From Candidatus Harpocratesius repetitus (GTDB taxonomy: Archaea > Asgardarchaeota > Lokiarchaeia > Sigyniarchaeales > Promethearchaeaceae), in NCBI GenBank assembly GCA_021498095.1, contig JAIZWK010000001.1:2520001-2552000 (forward strand): a stretch of 32,000 nt of DNA. The letters are read 5' to 3'. The translations under genes were made by a program, and so were the position numbers. A model generated the notes under the pieces. That model did no database searches. It had not been told where the DNA came from and saw only the letters and a list, made by a program, of their open reading frames with translations. The first letter of the stretch is position 1. Each line of letters starts with the position of its first letter. This document shows positions 1 through 10,958 of this stretch, in pieces.

Positions 1-720
1 TATAAAATTTACAGCGAACGCATTGAATCTTTTAAAAATAAGAAACTGGCACGAAAATATACCAATATGGAAAAAAATCAAAAATATCATCTTTTTGAAG
101 AGATTCTTACAGAAATTAGACCTGTTCTCCAAAGTGGATTGAAAAGCATTCTATTAGTTTCTCGAATCAAGCAAACTGAAGCATCTGATTTCTTACATCA
201 TTTAAAAAAACATCATAAATGGATTTTTAATGTAAATAATCCTAATTCAGCATATATAACAGTATTAACTGGAGATCTCACTGATATGGAGCAAGTTGCT
301 TCATTCACTCAAAATTCATCTTTTAAAGAGTCTCTCGGTCAAACTGTTGAAAAAGAAGCAGATTCAATTATTACTTTGTTAGAAAAACGATTGAATAATC
401 ATGAAAAAAGTTTTTTCCTACATTCTTTAAAAGAGATTGAAAGTTTAATTTATGCAGGAGGCACTCGGAAAAAGAAATTTAAGTCATTACCACTTATTCC
501 TGAATATATACTTTTAACAGATGAATATCTTGAAGAACATCCCAACAAAGCTCGTCTTCAACGATTATTACAAATTGTACGCAATCGAAAAATAAGATTA
601 AAAATTATTTCCAGTGAATCTAGCGCAGGAAATCGATTGACAGATTTAGGGGGAATCATATGTTTTTTGGAAATTAAAACAAAATATGAAGAGCAAAAAG
701 CTCAAGAGTTCTTCGATTGA
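1..720 (+). CDS. Divergent Pelota/aRF1-family protein (domains 2-3), 5' end outside window
   Basis: Frame 1 is open from base 1 (no stop before the ATG at 67). The C-terminus LQIVRNRKIRLKIISSESSAGNRLTDLGGIICFL matches the eRF1/Pelota domain-3 end (V.IIS.EHE.G.QL..LGGIAAILRF). Confidence 0.65.
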   Translation, partial: YKIYSERIESFKNKKLARKYTNMEKNQKYHLFEEILTEIRPVLQSGLKSILLVSRIKQTEASDFLHHLKKHHKWIFNVNNPNSAYITVLTGDLTDMEQVASFTQNSSFKESLGQTVEKEADSIITLLEKRLNNHEKSFFLHSLKEIESLIYAGGTRKKKFKSLPLIPEYILLTDEYLEEHPNKARLQRLLQIVRNRKIRLKIISSESSAGNRLTDLGGIICFLEIKTKYEEQKAQEFFD

Positions 721-757
721 TTTTATTTTATAAAATAGTAATGTATTCAACCAATTT

Positions 758-1705
758 TTATTGATTTTGTATTTCTAATTTTTCTTTCAACTTTTTAACC
801 AGTTCTTCTGCCTTTTCTGCTCTTTTCTTTTCTTCATCAGCTCTTCTCTTTTCTTCATCAGCTCTTCTTTTTTCTTCATCAGCTCTTCTTTTTTCTTCAT
901 CAGCTCTTCTTTTTTCTTCATCAGCTCTTCTTTTTTCTTCATCAGCTCTTTTCTTTTCTTTGTCGGCCCTCTGTTTTTCAATTTCTTTTTCAGTTAAGAA
1001 TTGATCTTCAGTATTTGGTTTCAAAAAAATAATTTTATAAATTGGCTTTTTGTTATCATATTTTTTAGTAATACATTCTAATGCAACGTCAAATGGAAGA
1101 TCTGGACTTAATTGAATTTTCGCAGTTGAATCTAGTAATTTTCCTTTATCAAACATTATTTTAGTTAAATCTTTATATTGATATCGAGAATTCTCATTTA
1201 AATAATAAACACGTAAAAAGGGAGGTGGATAAAATTTCGTAGAAACTTCATATGAAAAGAAAACAATATAATATTTTATACGTAATCTTTCGCATAAGGC
1301 AACATTCTCAAGTAAATCATTATGCCATGTACTTTTTGAAAGAATATTAATTATTAAATCAGGGACTCTATTATTAAATTTTTCAGCTTTGTAAGATGAA
1401 AGCTGGTAATCAATTTTTAGGTTGAGAAAAAAGGAAATATCAAATTGAATGTCAATTTTTTCATCTGCAACGTAAAAATAATGATGTAAATCCCAAATAA
1501 CGCGGTGTTCCGGGAAATTTGTACTTAAAACATCATAAATATATGAAATATTAGCTGAATGCGGCTCACTTTCTCTACGACCTAATCTAGGTTTAAGCAT
1601 CTGAGCATCATCATCTACATCCTTTGACGAGTATTTTAGATGTTCATCCAAAGCATGTCTTGTACTTCTGAATTTATTAGCATCATTTGCTGATTCTTCT
1701 TCCAT
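758..1705 (-). CDS. Uma2/DUF820-like PD-(D/E)xK-fold protein with C-terminal coiled-coil heptad repeats
   Basis: ESEPH, VPDLIINILSKSTW..D and IKYYIVF resemble the Uma2 consensus (ES..H; PDLVIEVLS.ST...D; I.EY.I.DP). The C-terminus carries RADEEKR repeats. Confidence 0.7.
   Translation of the reverse strand: MEEESANDANKFRSTRHALDEHLKYSSKDVDDDAQMLKPRLGRRESEPHSANISYIYDVLSTNFPEHRVIWDLHHYFYVADEKIDIQFDISFFLNLKIDYQLSSYKAEKFNNRVPDLIINILSKSTWHNDLLENVALCERLRIKYYIVFFSYEVSTKFYPPPFLRVYYLNENSRYQYKDLTKIMFDKGKLLDSTAKIQLSPDLPFDVALECITKKYDNKKPIYKIIFLKPNTEDQFLTEKEIEKQRADKEKKRADEEKRRADEEKRRADEEKRRADEEKRRADEEKRRADEEKKRAEKAEELVKKLKEKLEIQNQ
803..970 (-). repeat. 21-nt coding tandem repeat (RADEEKR heptads)
   Basis: Read directly: RADKEKK, 5x RADEEKR, RADEEKK, plus degenerate RAEKAEE. 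On the + strand the unit is tcagctcttcttttttcttca. Confidence 0.95.
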
Positions 1706-1984
1706 ATTCTCATTCCCAATTATATTAAACTATTGTATTTATTTAATTATAACCATAAAAAAAACGAGAAAAACATGAGTTTAAGCAAGATTTTTTCATT
1801 TATAATTTGAATAAAATAGGTCTCTATTTTTAAGACAAAACTGCGGTAAAATTATAGAAATAGGCGATGATTGTAAATTATATATTTACAAAAAAAGAAA
1901 AAAGAATTAAAATATAATCAAATTCAATTAAAATTGAATAATCTTAATTAAACTTAATTGAATCAAACGAGAATCCAAAAATAA

Positions 1985-3217
1985 TTATTTCTTTCTCTCT
2001 TCTGGAAGCCATGTGTGATCTGGAGCATCTACACCATCATAATGCAATTTAAAGCCTGTATCCAGTGTCTTTGCTCGTTTCTTTAAATTACTCATTACAA
2101 CTAAGCGTTGAACTTGATTTGTTCCTTCGTAAATTTGAAGTAATTTAGCACCGCGGAAAATGACACCCATGCCATACTCTTCTGCATATCCATACCCACC
2201 CATTATTTGAATTGCATCAATTGCATTTTGCATGGCATTATCAGAAGCTACAAATTTGGCAATAGCAGACTCTGTGGAATTATTTATATGATTATCTGCC
2301 AACCATGCAGCATAACGAGTGAGATGATGAGCTGCCAAAGCACGGGCTTGCATATCTGCAAGCATAAATCCAATACCTTGGAATTTTGCAATTTTAGTTC
2401 CAAATTGTTTACGTGTGATAGCAAATTTTGATGCTTCATCAACACACCGTTGAGCTACCCCAGATGCAATAGCTGCAATTCCAGCGCGTGTTTTATCTAA
2501 GGTCTTCATAGCGATATGAAATCCTTTTCCAACTTCACCAACTAAACAATCTTCAGGCACATAAACATTTTCAAAAATAACTTCTGCTTGTGCTGAGGCT
2601 TTTTGGCCGATTTTATTTTCTATATGCCCAATTTCTACTCCTGCTGATTTTGGAACCATAAAAACTGCCATTCCTTTGTATCCTTTGCTCGGATCGGTTT
2701 GAGCAAAAACAGTAAATATATCAGCTTTTGGAGAATTAGTGATCCAACACTTTCGACCATTAATAACCCATTCATCACCTTCCTTCACCGCCATTGTCTT
2801 TGTAGCTGCTGCATCTGAGCCTGCTTCACGTTCGGTGAGACAAAATGCACCTAATTTGACCTTCTCTCCGGTAATCAAAGGTTTAATATATTTTTGAAGT
2901 TGCTCTATTGTAGCTCCAATTACCAAAGGTGCAAATGCTAAATTATTGCACATAATTGCGGTAGCACATCCAGCATCTCCATAACCAGTCGATTCTGATA
3001 CAAGTGTTTCATCGAGTAATGAATATCCGGGCCCTCCTGCTTCTTTAGGTATATGTAGATTCATTAGTCCCGCTTCGTATGCTTTTTGGAGTAAATCCAT
3101 TGGAATTTCATCCGCTCTATCTAATTCAACTGCATGTGGCGTAATATGCTCTTTGGTGAAGGCTCGTGCCTTTTCCAATAGTTCCTGTTGATAAGGAAGT
3201 AAATTATAATCAACCAT
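1985..3217 (-). CDS. Acyl-CoA dehydrogenase (short-chain/butyryl-CoA type)
   Basis: GAFCLTEREAGSDAA, WVINGRKCWITN, RKQFG..I..FQGI, AIQIMGGYGY and IYEGTNQVQRLVV (catalytic Glu) are all ACAD signature motifs. Confidence 0.95.
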   Translation of the reverse strand: MVDYNLLPYQQELLEKARAFTKEHITPHAVELDRADEIPMDLLQKAYEAGLMNLHIPKEAGGPGYSLLDETLVSESTGYGDAGCATAIMCNNLAFAPLVIGATIEQLQKYIKPLITGEKVKLGAFCLTEREAGSDAAATKTMAVKEGDEWVINGRKCWITNSPKADIFTVFAQTDPSKGYKGMAVFMVPKSAGVEIGHIENKIGQKASAQAEVIFENVYVPEDCLVGEVGKGFHIAMKTLDKTRAGIAAIASGVAQRCVDEASKFAITRKQFGTKIAKFQGIGFMLADMQARALAAHHLTRYAAWLADNHINNSTESAIAKFVASDNAMQNAIDAIQIMGGYGYAEEYGMGVIFRGAKLLQIYEGTNQVQRLVVMSNLKKRAKTLDTGFKLHYDGVDAPDHTWLPEERKK

Positions 3218-3539
3218 TTTGCTTCACATTAATCCTTTATTCAATTTTGCTCAAAAAGTGTCGTATAGCAATTGCTTAATGTTGTGATTTTGCCTATTAA
3301 AAACTTTTTTTTACATTCCTCTAAATTTTAAGAAAAATAGAATTTCATAGTATTTTATTTCAAATCAAATTCTGATAAATCGACCTAATAATTAAAAAAA
3401 AAATAAAATAAGAATAAACAATGATTTTCAAAAGGATAAAAATATTGTAGTTTAATCTTAGTTATTATAGATTATCTTCAACAAATGAATTATAATAAGG
3501 AATTTAGTCTTTTTGAATTTTAAAAGGAGTATTTAATGG

Positions 3540-3764
3540 ATGAATGTTTTTATTAGTTATTCTTCAAGAGATAGAACCTTCGCTGAAAGAATTGCAAACA
3601 GATTAAAAAAGAATGGAATTAATACTTGGTTTGATCATTGGGCGTTATATACTGGTGACTCTATTAATGATAAAATTGAAACAGGTTTAGCTAATGCAAA
3701 CGCTTTACTAATTGTTTTTTCTGAAAATTCGATAGTAACAATTTTCATAATGATTATTTTATGA
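3540..3764 (+). pseudogene. Truncated TIR-domain (TIR_2-like) gene
   Basis: VFISYSSRDRTFAERIANRL..GINTWFDHW.L..GDSI..KIE.GL...LLIVFSENS is the TIR N-terminal half. Similarity stops after SENSI and the ORF ends 10 codons later. GGAG RBS upstream. Confidence 0.8.
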
Positions 3765-3897
3765 ATAAAAATCATATGATTGAATGATGATAATCCGCGC
3801 TTTACATTAAATTACGTAATACACAATAATCTCCTTTAATACCATAAATTTTCTCTATTATCATGACAAGTATTGTCAAAATATTTGGAGGATAATC

Positions 3898-4164
3898 ATG
3901 CCGTTAACAATTCCAGATGATATGGATCTTATGACTAATATTAAAGCAGGAACTCAGTATAGAATTCGAAATTTAGAAGAGCAAAAGAAAAATTTAATTT
4001 TCAAAAATCAAAAAGCAAAAGATCACGATAAACAATTCTTTTTGTATCTGATTAAAGAATTAGATGATGAAATCAAAAAATTGAAGGAGTTTGAAAAAGA
4101 ATTGTTAATTTATATCGAAAAAACATTTGAAATTACTCCAGAATTTGATATAGATGAAGTATAG
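3898..4164 (+). CDS. Small coiled-coil hypothetical protein
   Basis: Strong RBS (ggaggataatc-ATG) and a charged helical composition. No family recognised. Confidence 0.6.
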   Translation: MPLTIPDDMDLMTNIKAGTQYRIRNLEEQKKNLIFKNQKAKDHDKQFFLYLIKELDDEIKKLKEFEKELLIYIEKTFEITPEFDIDEV

Positions 4165-4575
4165 CAAAAATTAATAAAAAATATATCATATTTTTGATTT
4201 AAATTCATTTCTTCGGCTTTACAAATTAAAAAAAATCAAGAATAACTGTCCCCACTCAAAATCCTTTACGATCACCAGATAATAATGCCAAAAAACACAA
4301 TATTACTAAGTATTGTGAAAAAATCAAATAAAACGAAAAAAAAGTTGTTAGAAACCTTAAAAACTATTTCTTCTTTACAATTATCGTTGTTCCTGCGCCT
4401 AATAAGGCTAAAAGCCTACACCTGCATATACGGCAGGAGGAATGTCTCCGAAGAACGAATTTTCAGTATTTGTGGTATCATCTGGAATTGTAGAATTATC
4501 TGAAGATGATTGATTAACAAAAGGAAATAAGTCAAGTTGATAGGAATTCCCCTGTTGTATTTCCAAAATATTCAC

Positions 4576-6988
4576 CTAGGAACCAGGACCATTGATGAGA
4601 ACTTTTCTCTCCCATGAGGAAATGTTTCCATTTGAATCGTAATAGATATCCATATAGTCTTGTAGTATCCCATTTTCATTGTATAGGATATTGAGGGCTC
4701 GACTGGCATTATACGTGGATGAATCTCTAAAAAGAATTTCAATTTTGTTGCTATCATAATAAAAATCTTTAACAAGATCAAAGCTACCTTCCCATTTCTG
4801 ATATGCTTTAACCATGCCATAATATGCTTCAGACCAGTCACGAAACATGTAAGAGGGTCTGACTTCAGGTGAATGAAGGCATGGTAGTAATCCATTGCCA
4901 TAAATTCCAAGAATATCGACAGGAATACTAACATTATTACCGATATCAAATAGAGGTAATGCGGGCATCCATTCTATTGATCCTGCTTGTAATGCGTATT
5001 TTGCACCAAATATTAAATAATATCCTGAAGGCATTAGAAAAATATCAAATATTTGAGTCAATTCTAATTCTCCTTCAGGGAAACTCGGATATAATAATAC
5101 CAGATTAAATTATCACCTATGGATATTCCCCATTCGGTGGTGTCGAGATAATCATAAGAATTATTCAGATCATTAACAGCATAGAGGCATACTTCAAATG
5201 TGGAAGAAATGATTTGTTTTCCCTCTGCTGACAAAGAATAGATAATTGTATACCAATAATTCATCAAACCATCAGCGGATTTAGTAAAAAGGTCACAGTA
5301 TTTAGATGTAGATGTAAAATAGCGAGTAAATATTGTATTTGATTCTGTTTCTAAGAATTCATAACTCTGTACATTTGGATTAAAAGTAGAATTAGCGAGC
5401 AAGTTTTCGTATGATGAGAAATCTCGGGATCGGGAACAAATAGGGGGTATGAAGATTTGTAAACTTCAACATCAACTGCTATTTCTCCTAAATATTTCAA
5501 ATTTATCTGATTTAAGTAAACCGGCTCTTCATTTCTTAGTGGATCATAGGAAATAATTCCAAGTACAGTATTATTTGCGATTTGAGTTAAATTTCCCAAA
5601 TTTCTCCCCACTAATACGTTTCCAAAATAAATCATTTTGTCATTAAAGATTATAACTTTAGTGATTTCAAATGTCCTAAATTGAATAACCGTTGTATTCA
5701 AATCTCCCGATTGATAACGTTCTAAATAATATAGTTTATCTCCAGGGTATACTCCAGTTTCGGAAAAGAAAGGATCATCAAAAACTCGGAAGAATTGATC
5801 AATATCAAATAATCATAAGCATTTTCTGTGCGTACCATGAAATTCTGAATAACAACTCCTGCTATGTCCACATAGTGATAATAATGATAATAATAATCAC
5901 TTTCAAATCCCATACTATACGTAATATTTATCGCATAATCTGAAAGATTGAATGCGACATAATTAGCTTGGATCACGAATTTCATACAACTGACCTTCTA
6001 AAGATGTGAGATTCATATAATATGGAAGAAATGTGGATTGGTCTAAGGAAATCGATGAATTTTCAATCCAGAAACCCATTTGATACCATTGAGTGGTCAC
6101 GATTGTATAGTTTTGAAAGAATTGCTCTTCTGCCAGGACAAAATGATTTGTCCTATTGTTCGCATAATATTTTCCCCAATATTGGATGCGATAGGAAACA
6201 AAATCTCCTGCATTTGTCAAATTTGAGGAGAGAAGTGAATGACTGATTCCGCTCAACGTTAAATACCGAAGAAGAATCCAGAAACGTAATATTCAGAGTT
6301 GAATCAATTAAAACCCATGAATCGATGGTCATGGTGTCGTTAAAATAATATTCCAGCATTACTCCTGTCTCATGATCGAATTCCATGTAGATAGTTATAA
6401 ACTAACCCTGAATCTGTACCCGTAATATTAATTGATTCTGATGTGAAGCTGAAATTAAGCTTTGCCTCTTGGCCAAAATAGCCTCCATTAATAACATAGT
6501 CTGTAATTTCTGTAATGTTATCGAGTTAACACTTGGTTGGGTATAATGAAGTAAAGAGGGTTCTAACAGATCCCACTCGGACCAATATGTTTCAGTTAAT
6601 TTATATTCTTATTTGCTCCGTTGTCATTGTAGGTGCATGTAAACATAAGAGCTATTTATTCAGGGATGGTATAATTTATTGATGACTGAATAGAATCGCA
6701 CTTCTGAGCTTCTGGACCATCAAGATTTCGCTGGACCAAAAGTCCCAGGTTCGATAATATAAAAAATGAATGATTGGTTTGAATCGGATAATCGTCTAGA
6801 ATTACTCTGTAGGAAGCGAATTAAGTCCAAAATTATTCAGAGGGAAATCGTCCTCAACGCCAAAGTGTTTGTTACCGAGTAAAAATAATATTCCACCACT
6901 TAACATAATTGTGGATGGTGATTAAACACCAAATAACGAATGTATGTATTCGGAGTTTTCTCTTTGTTAACTTCTGCAGCTCTTCCAT
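4576..6988 (-). pseudogene. Frameshift-fragmented large secreted/surface protein (boundaries approximate)
   Basis: Consecutive overlapping minus-strand ORF pieces (4576-5061, 5064-5402, 5351-5701, 5722-5985, 5963-6256, 6153-6386) share an N/T/Y/W-rich extracellular composition. Manual frame-joining suggests a basic, then hydrophobic N-terminus from an ATG near 6988 (KLTKRKLRIHTFVIWCLIT / STIMLSGGILFLLG). Confidence 0.55.
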
Positions 6989-6992
6989 CGCT

Positions 6993-9455
6993 ACCAATAC
7001 TCTAGATGAATTTTAGCGGGATTCCAAACGATCCTTGCCAAAAGATAGCCGCCATACTTAGTAATCCAACTTGACTTCCACCAATTCGACTAATGTTGAT
7101 TTCTCCGATATATAGTGGTGTAATGTAATAATCTACCACTTTGAATGTGTAATCCCTTCATCTAACCGTATGGTGGCTTCATACAATAACATTTTTGCTG
7201 CAAAAGCGTATTGATCAAAATTATTACCTGTCAATCCACCAATGGCTGCAGTAATGGCCATTCCTTTGGCAGAAATTTTCTCAGTAGCGGTAAAATCAGT
7301 TCGTTCGTGTGAATATTCAACACTCATGCTTCCTACTTTAACGCTTGTAGCAGTTTCATAACCAAATTCCCACTGATCTTGTTGAGCAGTACTCTCAGTA
7401 ATTACGATTCCAATTTCGGTATATCCTTCAGAATTCTGTGTTTGAACAGGAAGAGATTTTACCGCACTTTCGCAAAAGTATTAGTTCCATGGCTGTTTAT
7501 CCACTCATCTTTTAGTATAATAGGTAAAAGGGATTTTTTTTGGCATCATAGGGGATATAAAATCGTTAGAAAAGCATATTCTGGATAGGCTGCAATGAAC
7601 GCATTCAAATTCCGCACATGTAATGACTTTCATCCATTGGAGCATTGATATAAACTCTATTAATGCTTGGCGTTCCATTGATATGACTTTATATTGATAT
7701 TGTAGAATATAGGTAAATGAGTACAAATACGCCATGTTCATTTTGAAGAAAGTGCCATAGCTTGGCTAAAGGTCGTAGATACAGTATTGGTTGTACTATG
7801 CGATGAGGTCCAGCCGGCAGAAACTGAACTTTCCAGACCTACCTCGAAAAAATAACAAATCGATGTCTGCACTCATAGTAATTGCAGCCGAATCCGTAAT
7901 AGAAAACCCTGATGTAAATGAAGTTTCACTTGTTTTCCCAAACCTACCGTGGTACCGCAATGTGCTAAACTATGACTCATTCCATCAATATTTGGTGCGG
8001 CAGCTGCCCGCAGCCAATACTTCAGGGCTCAATGACTGATTCCCAGCCTTTTATATTGCGTTATTCTTCCATCCCCATCAAAATCTCCTGCTGCCATAAA
8101 CGGCGGATTAAAAATATTGTTAGACATTTTTCGTTTGAACAAAAAGATAATATTTATCCGTCCTGGCATTCCATCCAATTTCAATCAGATGATTTCGCCA
8201 ATCTTTTATACATGCTTGAAATCAACAATTCATCGCACTTATCTCGATCTCTATTTAGACTGACTGCATGGGCAGGATAGGGATAATTTGATAGTGATGT
8301 TGAAAATTTTTGTTTAAAATTCTCTGCTGCGTCTCCTGCCACTTTTATATAAAGTTTAGTTCCTTTATTGTATACTAATCCAAATTCATCAGCAGGATCA
8401 TAATCAAAATTTCCTGTACAGACAAATGGATCTTCTGCATCGTCATTATTATCCCATGATTTTAAGCTGACAAATTCATGAAAAGCATCATCCAAAACCC
8501 AGCCATTACTATCTTCACCATCATAATTCGTTCCAAAAACAACGATTTCTTCTAAACCATCATTATCGAAATCTCCTCCAGCTGCAGAAGGATTATTAAA
8601 ACCCCTGAACAGGAATATTCTTTTTGTACGAAAGTTTTGAATGAGGAACTAGTTGGATTATAATTATAAGAATTGAGATACATAGTATGATCGGAACTTT
8701 TAAGAGCTGAAAGCATTACAACTTCATCAAATGAATCTCCATCGACGTCAGCAACGACAACTGAAGGATGTTGAGTGGTTCTTAGCCAAGTTGTATAAAC
8801 ATTATGAGGAACTCCGCTTGATTGTCCTAAGAAAATCATACAGGTGGCTTTTCCATTAAAATCACCAACGATAGCTACATCTTCATAGCCGTCATCATTA
8901 ATATATCCAGAATCAATTTGGATCCTGCGATAAGGACTGTAACTCGAATAAATTGTAAAGAAATTCTCTCATAATCATGTTTAGCATCATCATAGACCAA
9001 CAACCGCATTTGCTCACTATCGTCTTGAGTTGCTAAAATAATTTCATCAATCCCATCCCCGTCAATATCAGCTGCAGCACATGATGCTTCATCATAGGCT
9101 GAATTCCAACCCGAACTGTAGATTTCATCGAAGGTTTTTGGATCGTCTACAATAAATTTGATTCGACTATTCCATTTACCTGTTCCGGTAATCACGAGTT
9201 CTTCTTCAGGAACCATATTAATAATATCTGCTTTGAATGGTTTTTTATTAGAGACAATTGTCTCACTAAAATCCATTGGTTTCGGTTTTTCAAGAAAATT
9301 AGGATCATTTTGAGAAGGTAGGTTTTTAATTTACCTTCGTAAATAGGCATATTAAAAAGAATTATCCCTCCCAAAATAGGGATTAGAATAATTCCTAACA
9401 CTAACGTAACAAGTTTGTAATAAGTCGAATTTCTGGATTTGACCATAATATGCAT
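6993..9455 (-). pseudogene. Frameshift-fragmented membrane-anchored FG-GAP/VCBS-repeat (beta-propeller) protein (3' boundary approximate)
   Basis: N-terminal TM segment LVTLVLGIILIPILGGIILF, then repeated Ca-binding motifs in alternating frames: ADIDGDGIDEII, GYINDDGYEDVAI, ADVDGDSFDEVV, GDFDNDGLEEIV, GNFDYDPADEF, AGDFDGDG. Confidence 0.7.
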
Positions 9456-9765
9456 TTTTCGAGTGTGATTTTATATTTAAGTTATGGAAATGTTTATTAA
9501 TTTTTCTTGGAATTCCTACAAATTGATTATAATTTAGAATATTTAAGAAAAACACTAATACTGACTAGTAGGAAAAGGTTAAAGAGTCAATAATATCATT
9601 TTTAAAATTACTTTTGTATTTTCATCTATAAAATTAGCAATAAAGCACTTAATACAGTAAAATTGTCTTATTTCCATATTCATTTCGGCTATAATATGAA
9701 AAAAGAATCGTTTTTCTCATGAGTTATTATTTGATGTTCATCATTTACTTCTATTTTGATGATTA

Positions 9766-10707
9766 TTAATTAATAGATATTTGTTCTAGTGGTTTCCATT
9801 CTAAATTTTTGACTATACTTAAAAAGTATCTGCTTAATTCCCTATATGTGTAAACTTGAATTCCAAATTTTTCTAATAACTTATAAAATTCATGATTCAT
9901 TAAAACTTCATAATCTTGAAACCGCCCTACTGCTGTTTCTGGGGTAATTCCCTTCAATTCATCATTATAAATTGCGGGATGAAAGAAAATATGGGTCAAA
10001 CCTGGTCCAATAGATTTTAATAAACTTCTATAGGCGCGTAGTTTATTCTTCACAGATTGTAGGGAAGCAAATTTAAAATTTTCTACGATAGGATAACCTT
10101 GTTGTTGCAGCAAGGAGAGTTGTTTATGATAGAGTTCTATATCGCCGTCAAGTCCCATATACTCAAACATCTGTTTACTCATATTAGGAATCATCGCTGG
10201 AATTCTATATTCTTTTGCTAGTTTAACTAAAATTGGGAGAAATTTAGGATGGCAGGCCGAGAACATATGAGTATCCATATGGGTTAATTCTAAACCCAAT
10301 TTTTGAAGTGCATCGATTTGAGCGCGCATTTCCAATTCACCGTATTTGGGTACAACATTCGCAACCGCATCTTTTAGGTTCTGCCATAAAAATCCTTGAA
10401 TATCTACTAATCCAGTTTGAGGATCGTTAGTTGCAATAGGGCGCCAACGGAAATTCTTATATTCGCTTGTAAATGTGAGATGAACACCAATATCAAGTTG
10501 GATTTTCTGAGATAAATCCTTAATATTTTGAACTAATTCAGGCATCCATGGAGAATTCGCAATAATTGAACCGGAATGAATCCGATTTTGACTGAATATA
10601 TCAATTACTGCCTGATTTGCACTATGGGAAATGCCTAAATCATCTAAATGCAAAATCACAACTTTATCTGTTTGTGAAAAGCCCAGTTTGTCTATAATAG
10701 ACGGCAT
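9766..10707 (-). CDS. ChbG/YdjC (HpnK-like) carbohydrate deacetylase family protein
   Basis: HLDDLG, IGVHLT, THMDTHM and FFHP motifs. The start is moved to the ATG at 10707 (MPSII) because of the aggggag RBS; the ORF track starts at 10764. Confidence 0.88.
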   Translation of the reverse strand: MPSIIDKLGFSQTDKVVILHLDDLGISHSANQAVIDIFSQNRIHSGSIIANSPWMPELVQNIKDLSQKIQLDIGVHLTFTSEYKNFRWRPIATNDPQTGLVDIQGFLWQNLKDAVANVVPKYGELEMRAQIDALQKLGLELTHMDTHMFSACHPKFLPILVKLAKEYRIPAMIPNMSKQMFEYMGLDGDIELYHKQLSLLQQQGYPIVENFKFASLQSVKNKLRAYRSLLKSIGPGLTHIFFHPAIYNDELKGITPETAVGRFQDYEVLMNHEFYKLLEKFGIQVYTYRELSRYFLSIVKNLEWKPLEQISIN

Positions 10708-10743
10708 AATTAACTCCCCTTTTAGGTTTGTATAAGAAACCCG

Positions 10744-10874
10744 GGCTAATAAGCATATTGTCATATTTCGTTTTATTTAGCGTTAATTAAAAATAACATG
10801 ATCTTAAAAAGTAATCTAAGCTTTTTTTCTTAGGAATTTAAAGGTTTATACAAATCTACCATCGATTCTTTTCC
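10744..10874. repeat. Imperfect direct repeat, copy 1 (two blocks: 10744-10776 and about 10854-10874)
   Basis: ggctaataagcatattgtcatatttcgttttat and atctaccatcgattcttt both recur at 14611-14662. Confidence 0.85.
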
Positions 10875-10958
10875 CCAAATTGATGATTTCCAATCTTCCT
10901 TCTCAGATTATTGCCCTTTCTTTAGCATTGTTAATCCTTGAAGTATATTGTCCTTTAA

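Noticed and set aside
787-981. 64-aa ORF with MKKKEEL repeats
   Set aside because: Alternate-frame shadow of the 21-nt repeat inside the Uma2-like gene.
2207-2431. Plus-strand 74-aa ORF
   Set aside because: Antisense to the well-supported acyl-CoA dehydrogenase.
4285-4503. 72-aa plus-strand ORF
   Set aside because: No RBS, motif or family resemblance; could be chance.
4572-9555. Small ORFs on both strands treated as independent genes (e.g. 4572-4949, 5692-5943, 6022-6246, 7379-7588, 7791-8039, 7972-8280, 9352-9555)
   Set aside because: They are alternate frames or antisense shadows of the two frameshifted minus-strand genes.
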